This document shows, in pieces, positions 1-5,464 of a stretch of DNA of 15,988 nucleotides. How positions within the stretch are numbered: the stretch's first letter is position 1; each line of letters opens with the position of its first letter. The DNA comes from a virus (Duplodnaviria; Heunggongvirae; Uroviricota; Caudoviricetes), in IMG/VR virus record IMGVR_UViG_2585427750_000018, positions 1 to 15,988 of that record; one strand, 5' to 3'. The position numbers and the translations under genes were made by a program. The notes beneath the pieces are model-generated. The model was not told the origin of the DNA and searched no databases. It saw nothing but the letters and a program-made list of their open reading frames with translations.

Positions 1-515
1 CCAAGCAGAGCAATAAAACCTGGTCCCTGACGCATCCGGTGGATGACGCAATTACCCTGCTGACACAGGGCGGCAGACTGACCTGTAAGTTCCGCCTGTC
101 AGGCGCACTGACCAACAATCAGTTCGGGCTGGGGATTTATCTGTATACGGATGCTCCCGTTCCTGATGGTGTGGCGATGACGGGTACCGGTAATCCGTTC
201 CTGATGTCGTACTTCACTCAGACCACTGACGGCAGAGTGAATCTGATGCATCACAGGAAAGCCGGAAACACGAAGCTGGGGGAGTTCGGCGATTACGGTA
301 ACGACTGGCAGACGCTGGAGCTGGTGTTCACCGCCGGCAGTGCCACGGTTACTCCGAAACTGAATGGAGTGGCTGGCCCGGCATTCCAGGTTATAAAAGA
401 CGGTCTGACACTGGGACTGAATGCGCTGACGCTGACGGATGTTACAAAAAATGCAGCGTATGGCGTTGAGATAGAAAGTCTGGTGCTGGAGATAAATGCA
501 CCGGCATCATCATAA
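1..515 (+). CDS. 3' part of an upstream gene (5'-truncated by window edge); product unidentified, possibly a beta-rich or carbohydrate-binding C-terminal domain of a moron protein
   Basis: Frame 3 is open from position 3 with no stop until TAA at 513-515, so the gene begins upstream of the window. Gly/Thr/Asn-rich, no recognised catalytic motif. It sits directly upstream of the holin, where lambdoid prophages often carry moron genes. Confidence 0.45.
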   Translation, partial: KQSNKTWSLTHPVDDAITLLTQGGRLTCKFRLSGALTNNQFGLGIYLYTDAPVPDGVAMTGTGNPFLMSYFTQTTDGRVNLMHHRKAGNTKLGEFGDYGNDWQTLELVFTAGSATVTPKLNGVAGPAFQVIKDGLTLGLNALTLTDVTKNAAYGVEIESLVLEINAPASS

Positions 516-600
516 AAAGTGAGCCAGTCAAATGGAAGGTATCGTTAAACTCACCGGTAGTGTCAGTGGGTCGTCTGAGACGCCTGCATGAGTTATCAGA

Positions 601-632
601 GCCATCAGTAGTTAACTGGTGGCTTTTTTATT
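601..632 (+). terminator. Putative rho-independent terminator downstream of the first gene
   Basis: Stem gccatcag (601-608), 7-nt loop, ctggtggc (616-623) with one G-U pair, followed by ttttttatt. Confidence 0.5.
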
Positions 633-664
633 GTTGTCAGCTTCCGGATAACGGGAGACGGGGT

Positions 665-880
665 ATGTACCAGATGGAAAAAATCACAACAGGTGTGTCA
701 TACACCACGTCAGCGGTAGGGACGGGATACTGGTTACTGCAACTGCTGGACAAAGTCTCTCCGTCCCAGTGGGTGGCAATAGGTGTACTGGGGAGTCTGC
801 TGTTTGGCCTGCTGACGTATCTGACTAACCTGTATTTCAAAATCAGGGAGGACCGCCGTAAGACGGCGCGGGGAGACTAA
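665..880 (+). CDS. S: Class II holin (phage 21 S21-like pinholin), 71 aa with a second in-frame Met at 674 (68-aa form)
   Basis: Translation [71 protein letters not shown] closely resembles the phage 21 S holin as I recall it (two TMDs, SPSQW motif, charged C-terminus). GGAG at about 653-656 precedes ATG 665. The ORF-track start at 560 is probably over-extended. Confidence 0.9.
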   Translation: MYQMEKITTGVSYTTSAVGTGYWLLQLLDKVSPSQWVAIGVLGSLLFGLLTYLTNLYFKIREDRRKTARGD

Positions 881-884
881 AGCG

Positions 885-1433
885 ATGAAGAAAAAATACG
901 AACTGGTTGTTAAAGAGATAAATAATTACCCGGATAAGATTGCTGTTACTGTGGCACTTGAAATTGGCGGGCATCCGTCGTTGTTGTTGCCACATGTGGC
1001 GATTAGTCTTGACCGTACTGAAGGTGCCACGCTGGAGTTCTACGAAGCTGAGGCGAAAAAACAGGCGAAGCAGTTTTTCATGGATATTGTTGCCGGGTTA
1101 TGCGAAGGGGATGAACCGTCACCGGAAAAGCGCCCCGTAATTTTAGATGCGCAGGATGTATTGATAACCTACAAAGGAAAGCTACCGGGAAGAATTACTT
1201 GTTCTCTGAAGATGCCGCCGTCAACACTGCGGTCAGAAAAAGATGATGTTGAATCGCGTATTGAAAAACTGGAGTGCTATATCGCTGAATTGAAAAAAAG
1301 CACCCCAACAAAAAATGAGGTGCTTGCAGCAGACGAAATGAAAGAAGCTATTCCTGATCGCGCGGCGAATCTAAGCTGCGCTTCATGGTTGAAAGAGCAT
1401 CTTCAGCAGCCTGAAAAAAAAACGCCGCGATGA
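885..1433 (+). CDS. Hypothetical protein (182 aa), no recognised domain; first gene of a two-gene insertion between holin and endolysin
   Basis: ATG 5 nt after the holin stop with GGGAGA 8 nt upstream. Coding-like Lys/Glu-rich composition, no hydrophobic segment. Visibly more AT-rich than the flanking lysis genes. Confidence 0.6.
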   Translation: MKKKYELVVKEINNYPDKIAVTVALEIGGHPSLLLPHVAISLDRTEGATLEFYEAEAKKQAKQFFMDIVAGLCEGDEPSPEKRPVILDAQDVLITYKGKLPGRITCSLKMPPSTLRSEKDDVESRIEKLECYIAELKKSTPTKNEVLAADEMKEAIPDRAANLSCASWLKEHLQQPEKKTPR

Positions 1434-1470
1434 GCAGTTTGCTGCGTTTTACGATTATTGCCGGAAAGTG

Positions 1471-1875
1471 ATGAGCAGAAATCTCGCAGAGTGTTTCAGT
1501 ATTCATAATGATAATTTCAGTGACCTGGAATGGGAGTGTAACCGGCCATCCTTTGTTGTATCCGGTGATGCTGGGAAAATAACCATCTCAGAAAATGGAA
1601 AAGTAACACCGCCATCGCACCAGCACAGTGAGGAGCTCATTGAATTTGCCATTGATTACCTGAAGAACAATAAAAAGCAGGGGCTGATGAAGTGCATTGG
1701 TCGTTGCATGGGATATCTTCAGGTAGCCGCTGAGATTGAAGCGCTGGCCAGTGGTGCTGATAAGGATGCAATTGTGCGGGAGGCTCTTCTTCGTGATTTT
1801 AATACTCCACCCTTTAAAAAAGTGCCGGCTTACTGGCTTCATCCGGGGCTGACTTATCTTAAAGTGCGTATTTAG
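1471..1875 (+). CDS. Hypothetical protein (about 134 aa), no recognised domain; second gene of the holin-endolysin insertion
   Basis: ORF with ATG at 1471 (GTG at 1468 also in frame), stop TAG at 1873-1875. AT-rich like its neighbour; soluble, several Cys residues. Confidence 0.55.
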   Translation: MSRNLAECFSIHNDNFSDLEWECNRPSFVVSGDAGKITISENGKVTPPSHQHSEELIEFAIDYLKNNKKQGLMKCIGRCMGYLQVAAEIEALASGADKDAIVREALLRDFNTPPFKKVPAYWLHPGLTYLKVRI

Positions 1876-1911
1876 TGGGCCAGGGACAGCGGCTGAATAT
1901 TTAATATATCC

Positions 1912-2445
1912 ATGAACACCAAAATCAAATACGGCCTGTCGGCTGCCGTTCTGGCGCTGATTGCCGCTGGTGCGTCTGCGCCTGAAATTCTCGACCAGTT
2001 TCTTGACGAAAAAGAAGGTAACCACACCACGGCATACCGTGATGGTGCGGGTATCTGGACCATCTGCCGTGGAGCCACCCGGGTGGATGGTAAGCCTGTT
2101 ATTCCTGGCATGAAGCTGTCGAAGGGGAAATGCGACCAGGTTAACGCCATTGAGCGTGATAAGGCGCTGGCATGGGTGGCGAAAAACATCAAAGTGCCAC
2201 TGACTGAACCCCAGAAAGCGGGTATTGCGTCATTCTGTCCTTACAACATTGGCCCAGGTAAGTGTTTCCCGTCGACGTTTTATAAACGAATTAATGCAGG
2301 CGATCGCAGGGGGGCGTGTGAGGCGATTCGCTGGTGGATTAAGGACGGTGGCAGAGACTGCCGTATTCGCTCAAACAACTGTTACGGTCAGGTATCCCGT
2401 CGCGACCAGGAGAGTGCGCTGGCGTGCTGGGGAATTGACAGATAA
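1912..2445 (+). CDS. R: SAR endolysin (T4-lysozyme-like muramidase, phage 21 R21 / P1 Lyz type)
   Basis: N-terminal weakly hydrophobic Gly/Ala-rich signal-anchor-release segment (GLSAAVLALIAAGASA) followed by an E...D...T catalytic triad context (EGNHTTAYRDGAGIWTI). This is the type of endolysin that partners a pinholin. Confidence 0.9.
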   Translation: MNTKIKYGLSAAVLALIAAGASAPEILDQFLDEKEGNHTTAYRDGAGIWTICRGATRVDGKPVIPGMKLSKGKCDQVNAIERDKALAWVAKNIKVPLTEPQKAGIASFCPYNIGPGKCFPSTFYKRINAGDRRGACEAIRWWIKDGGRDCRIRSNNCYGQVSRRDQESALACWGIDR

Positions 2446-2539
2446 GCAGAATATTTTGCTGAAAAATGCGGTTTGCTCGCACGGACGGATAACACGAAAT
2501 CCTGCGAACTGACAAAAACTAAGTGAATAAAAGTAAAAA

Positions 2540-2574
2540 CCCCGTTTGTTGGCTGCAAGCGGGGTTTTGTGTTT
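2540..2574 (+). terminator. Putative rho-independent terminator between endolysin and the spanin genes
   Basis: 9-bp stem ccccgtttg / caagcgggg (one G-U pair) with a 7-nt loop, followed by ttttgtgttt. Confidence 0.5.
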
Positions 2575-2604
2575 CCTGACTCTGGAAAAGTCAAAGGAGA
2601 AAGT

Positions 2605-2742
2605 GTGTTTGATTTTAGCAAACTGATTCGGGAGATTCGAGTGATGGCTGAAAAATTATCCACCTGGAAGTTCATTCTTATCTGGCTGGTGTTTGTGATT
2701 ATGGCCTCCGGTTATTTCATCGGTCAGATACGCTGGTGGTGA
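2605..2742 (+). CDS. Small hydrophobic peptide (32 aa from ATG 2644, or 45 aa from GTG 2605), predicted single transmembrane helix; translationally coupled to Rz
   Basis: AAGGAG at 2594-2599 lies 5 nt before GTG 2605; ATG at 2644. Sequence MAEKLSTWKFILIWLVFVIMASGYFIGQIRWW. Stop TGA 2740-2742 sits immediately before the Rz ATG at 2744. Below the ORF-track length threshold. Confidence 0.4.
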   Translation: MFDFSKLIREIRVMAEKLSTWKFILIWLVFVIMASGYFIGQIRWW

Positions 2743-2743
2743 A

Positions 2744-3211
2744 ATGAACCGCGTACTGTGCGTGGTCATCATTGCCCTGCTGGTGGCCTGTGGTGCGCTT
2801 AGTCTGGGGCTGAATCATTACCGTGATAACGCCATAACCTACAAAGAGCAGCGCGATAAAAAAGTCAGTGAGCTGGAGCAGGCAAATGCAACCATTACTG
2901 ATATGCAGCAGCGCCAGCGTGATGTTGCTGCACTTGATGCCAGATACTCGAGGGAATTAGCCGATGCGAGAGCTGAAAATGAAACTCTTCGCGCTGACGT
3001 TGCCGCTGGTCGTAAGCGCCTGCGGATCAACGCCACCTGTCCAGGCTCCGTGCGTGAAGCCCCCGCCACCTCCGGCGTGGATAATGCAACCGGCCCCCAA
3101 CTGGCAGACACCGTTACACGGGATTATTTCACCCTCAGAGAGCGGCTGATGACGATGCACAAGCAACTGGAAGGGGCACAGGACTATATCCGCACTCAGT
3201 GCCTGAAATAA
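2744..3211 (+). CDS. Rz: Rz i-spanin (inner-membrane spanin subunit)
   Basis: Translation aligns along its length with lambda Rz as I recall it (N-terminal TMD, then NHYRDNAITYK...RQRDVAALDA...DYFTLRERL). Confidence 0.9.
   Translation: MNRVLCVVIIALLVACGALSLGLNHYRDNAITYKEQRDKKVSELEQANATITDMQQRQRDVAALDARYSRELADARAENETLRADVAAGRKRLRINATCPGSVREAPATSGVDNATGPQLADTVTRDYFTLRERLMTMHKQLEGAQDYIRTQCLK
2964..3149 (+). CDS. Rz1: Rz1 o-spanin (outer-membrane lipoprotein), embedded in the +1 frame of Rz
   Basis: Entirely inside Rz in another frame. Lipobox LVVSAC, proline-rich CVKPPPPPAWIMQPAPNWQTPLHGIISPSE, very similar to lambda Rz1. Alternative start at the second Met (2979). Confidence 0.85.
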   Translation: MRELKMKLFALTLPLVVSACGSTPPVQAPCVKPPPPPAWIMQPAPNWQTPLHGIISPSESG

Positions 3212-3486
3212 GTTTTGTTGATGCGCCGTATCGTCGCTGTATTCCCTCATTAACAGAGACCGCAGCCCGACAGGGAGACTCCTCTGCGCGAGTGTGCGGG
3301 GATAATCAAAAACGATACACACCGGGGTTTACCGCGTTAACGGAGCGCGGCGTTGTCCCCTCATGGTCGCTGGTTCGGTGCGATGGTGGAAGAAACCGGA
3401 CGATGTGTTACCTCGCAAGACCTGTTATGTCATGTGTCTGATTTGTGATTTAAGTCGGATAATTGTCGTTGCCATTAAGCAGAGGA

Positions 3487-3529
3487 TTGATGGCCGACAG
3501 GGTGGCATTGTTAGAATAAGACTTATTCT
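3487..3529 (+). promoter_or_regulatory. Candidate sigma70 promoter (TTGATG ... TGtTAGAAT) overlapped by a perfect 8-1-8 palindrome AGAATAAG-A-CTTATTCT (3513-3529), upstream of the lipoprotein moron
   Basis: Read directly from the sequence. The -35/-10 spacing is about 19 nt, which is suboptimal, so the promoter call is weak. The palindrome is perfect and overlaps the -10 and predicted start region, which is operator-like. Confidence 0.3.
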
Positions 3530-3543
3530 TATCTGTGCCGGGA

Positions 3544-3876
3544 ATGAAAATGAAAAGAAATCTTCCGTTAATTATTTTGTTGTCTTCTCTGGTTATGGGC
3601 TGTACGCAACATAAAACAGATATGCCCCGACAGTTGGTTAAGGCATTACCACAATATCCGGCCTATGCAGCGGCAAATTATATAAAGGGACGGGTTGATG
3701 TGAGGTTTGATATTGGTGCTGATGGTACTGTCACCCGAATTGAGTTTATTCGTTCAGAGCCGCACCATCTGTTTGATGAGCAGGTTGTAAAGGCGATGGC
3801 AAAATGGCGATTTGAGAAGGACAGGCCGCGTAAAGGCGTGAAGAAAACGTTTATCTTTAGTCCTTCTGCACCCTGA
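3544..3876 (+). CDS. Lipoprotein with a TonB C-terminal-like domain (moron in the bor-equivalent position)
   Basis: N-terminus MKMKRNLPLIILLSSLVMGC has a signal peptide and lipobox, with Thr at +2. The remainder (YIKGRVDVRFDIGADGTVTRIEFIRSEPHHLFDEQVVKAMAKWRFEKDRPRKGVKKTFIF) aligns with the E. coli TonB C-terminal domain as I recall it (EGQVKVKFDVTPDGRVDNVQIL...FEREVKNAMRRWRYEPGKPGSG). The region is AT-rich. The ORF-track start at GTG 3535 is also possible. Confidence 0.75.
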   Translation: MKMKRNLPLIILLSSLVMGCTQHKTDMPRQLVKALPQYPAYAAANYIKGRVDVRFDIGADGTVTRIEFIRSEPHHLFDEQVVKAMAKWRFEKDRPRKGVKKTFIFSPSAP

Positions 3877-4007
3877 TTATTTCATCAGAAATTAATTATC
3901 ACTCTGTTGTTATTCTGTACATCCCGGCAGGGTAAGTCTTGTTCCGTCGGATATGAAGATGAAATATTGTGGGAGGACAGTGGGTACCTGCTCCTGTAAC
4001 CGAACGT

Positions 4008-4208
4008 TCATTTCTCGTTATTTGTCATGCTGGCCGGGCGCAGATGCGTTGCATCTGTTGCCAGCCTTCTCCTGCAGGCTTCAATAACCCACGCTGAAAA
4101 GTTACCGGAACCTTTATGTTCAAGGGCGATATTGATCTGTTCAATCATGTGATTGGGGAAACGGATGTTGCGGGTTGTTGTTCTGCGGGGCCGGTTTTTC
4201 GATGACAT
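4008..4208 (-). CDS. Small DNA-binding-like protein, DUF3950 (YlcI/YnfO-like) family candidate
   Basis: Minus-strand 66-aa ORF with a GAGGA RBS. Basic N-terminus (KNRPRRTTTRNIRFP) and an FSAWVIEACRRRL motif, as in the small proteins found just upstream of terminase genes in E. coli lambdoid prophages. Family assignment is from memory. Confidence 0.6.
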   Translation of the reverse strand: MSSKNRPRRTTTRNIRFPNHMIEQINIALEHKGSGNFSAWVIEACRRRLATDATHLRPASMTNNEK

Positions 4209-4249
4209 TTTCTTTCCTCTGGTGACAAGCTATATGGAGAGGATTTTAC

Positions 4250-4615
4250 ATGGCTGTGCTTCGTACGTTACCGGGCAGAATCAAAACACTGAATACCCGA
4301 CGGGTGAATATTCTGAAGGGTGAACAGCGTCGTGTCAGTGGCAGTGCACGTGTTTCCCTCAAGCGTCATATCTGGCTCAGGGATGCCGGGCAGTGCCGTC
4401 TCTGTGGTCGTGTGGTTGACCTCTGTGACAGTGAACTCGATCACCGAATTGCACTTCAGTTCGGTGGTGGTAATGAGGAGACGAATCTCTGGACGCTCTG
4501 TACCGAATGCCATCGACAAAAGTCTGCTCGTGAAGCGGCGAGTGATATGCCGGACCCGACGCTGCCGGAGGTGTCCGGAGGTAGTGGCAGAGAGGACGAC
4601 ATCATCGGACTGTAA
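4250..4615 (+). CDS. HNH endonuclease (terminase-associated phage HNH protein)
   Basis: Cys pairs (CRLCGR ... CTECH) and the DHRIALQFGG...N..LWTLCTECHRQK motif typical of HNH nucleases. Strong GGAGAGGA RBS. Adjacent to the cos/terminase region, as in HK97-like phages. Confidence 0.85.
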   Translation: MAVLRTLPGRIKTLNTRRVNILKGEQRRVSGSARVSLKRHIWLRDAGQCRLCGRVVDLCDSELDHRIALQFGGGNEETNLWTLCTECHRQKSAREAASDMPDPTLPEVSGGSGREDDIIGL

Positions 4616-4618
4616 CCC

Positions 4619-4678
4619 GAGCGGGGGGGGTATCATCCGGCGTAAAAAACGATCGCTTTGGACACCGCCCCCCGTCTC
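4619..4678. promoter_or_regulatory. Candidate cos-site core: imperfect two-fold symmetric G8/C6-containing arms flanking about 30 bp
   Basis: GAGCGGGGGGGG (4619-4630) and its near-reverse-complement CCGCCCCCCGTCTC (4665-4678), in the intergenic region between the HNH gene and TerS, where HK97-like phages place cos. Confidence 0.3.
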
Positions 4679-4706
4679 ACGCAGAGAAAAAATTCCCGTT
4701 TCAGGG

Positions 4707-4834
4707 CAGTTAACATGTTAACTGGCTGTCCGGGCATTTTTGCGGTTTTTATCTTTATTATTCAGTTTGTTGCGTGGAAAAAATGTTAACAGGCTTTTTC
4801 AGCAAATGTTAACCAGGCAGCAGTTAACATTTGC
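4707..4834. repeat. Cluster of GTTAACAT/ATGTTAAC motifs: 18-bp perfect palindrome (4707-4724), single copy (about 4780-4789), and 12-bp inverted repeat with 9-bp spacer (4802-4834); candidate terminase small-subunit binding sites (cosB-like)
   Basis: Read directly: CAGTTAACATGTTAACTG; AAAATGTTAAC; GCAAATGTTAAC-caggcagca-GTTAACATTTGC. Located immediately upstream of TerS. Confidence 0.5.
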
Positions 4835-4904
4835 GGCATGAGACGCCGGGAAAAATGGGCTGAACCATACCCGGCTGAGTGCGTTATGGACCCGGGAGGA
4901 GGCT

Positions 4905-5321
4905 GTGCTGACAACGCAAAAACGAAAATTTGCGCTGGCGCTCATGTCCGGGAAAAACAAAACAGCGTCAGCCATTGCCGCTGGTTATTCGGCGAAGACC
5001 GCCAGGGTTAAAGGCTCGCAGCTGGCAAAAGATCCGGAGGTGCTTGCGTTTATAGCCCGTAAACAATGCGAGACGGTGGAGGTGGATGAGGTTCCTGTTT
5101 ACCGGCAGAAAAAATCAGAGCCGGAGGATAAACCCCGTCGCCGTGAGGCGGCTGCAATACCACAGCCGGACGAAAACAATCCGGAGATGCCACCGTCCGC
5201 GGTGATATCTCCTGGTATTGAATATATGGAGGACGGTCTTCCCGATCCGGTGAAAGCCATGGGGCGGATCCTGGTGGAAAACATCAACACCGATCCGAAA
5301 CTGGCACTGGATGCGGCCTAG
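4905..5321 (+). CDS. Terminase small subunit (HTH-containing); ends at an in-frame TAG, but the same frame stays open and coding-like to TGA 5466-5468
   Basis: N-terminal motif QKRKFALALMSGKNKTASAIAAGYSAKTARVKGSQLAKDPEV is typical of phage TerS. GGGAGGAGG RBS before GTG 4905. After TAG 5319-5321 the frame continues KLAQFTHHKKGDTGKKSAKGDAAKKAANRFAVPPPPRLVVNNDNEGNG and ends in an ATGA overlap with the TerL start. Confidence 0.75.
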   Translation: MLTTQKRKFALALMSGKNKTASAIAAGYSAKTARVKGSQLAKDPEVLAFIARKQCETVEVDEVPVYRQKKSEPEDKPRRREAAAIPQPDENNPEMPPSAVISPGIEYMEDGLPDPVKAMGRILVENINTDPKLALDAA

Positions 5322-5464
5322 AAGCTGGCGCAGTTCACGCACCATAAAAAAGGGGATACCGGGAAAAAATCGGCAAAAGGTGATGCCGCGAAAAAAGCGG
5401 CTAACCGTTTTGCGGTGCCACCGCCACCCCGACTGGTGGTGAATAATGATAATGAGGGCAACGG

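Noticed and set aside
560-664. Upstream extension of the holin ORF to the ORF-track start at 560
   Set aside because: The extension covers the terminator hairpin and has no RBS. The 71-aa and 68-aa forms starting at 665 and 674 match the known size and N-terminus of S21-type holins and have a GGAG RBS.
940-1140. Plus-strand ORF 940..1140 (66 aa) in an alternative frame within the first insertion gene
   Set aside because: It is fully nested within the longer 885..1433 ORF and is Arg/Cys/Trp-rich, consistent with an off-frame read of AT-rich coding DNA.
1588-2675. Minus-strand ORFs 1588..2025, 1872..2192 and 2388..2675 overlapping the second insertion gene, the endolysin and the spanin leader
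   Set aside because: They overlap confidently identified plus-strand genes (the SAR endolysin with its catalytic motif) and lack recognisable features; they are most likely antisense artefacts.
3513-3529. Palindrome upstream of the TonB-like gene as a Fur box
   Set aside because: Despite the appealing iron link, AGAATAAGACTTATTCT does not match the Fur consensus hexamer arrangement (GATAAT repeats) well enough to call. It is kept only as an unassigned operator-like palindrome.
3211-3535. Long intergenic region between Rz and the lipoprotein gene, checked for a tRNA, small RNA or bor remnant
   Set aside because: I could not find a cloverleaf-compatible arrangement (no convincing T-loop GTTCRA or acceptor pairing) or a lambda Bor-like reading frame. 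The overlapping ORFs (3199..3441, 3363..3614, and 2957..3322 on the minus strand) have junk-like composition. It is treated as noncoding promoter-bearing DNA, but a small RNA cannot be excluded by eye.
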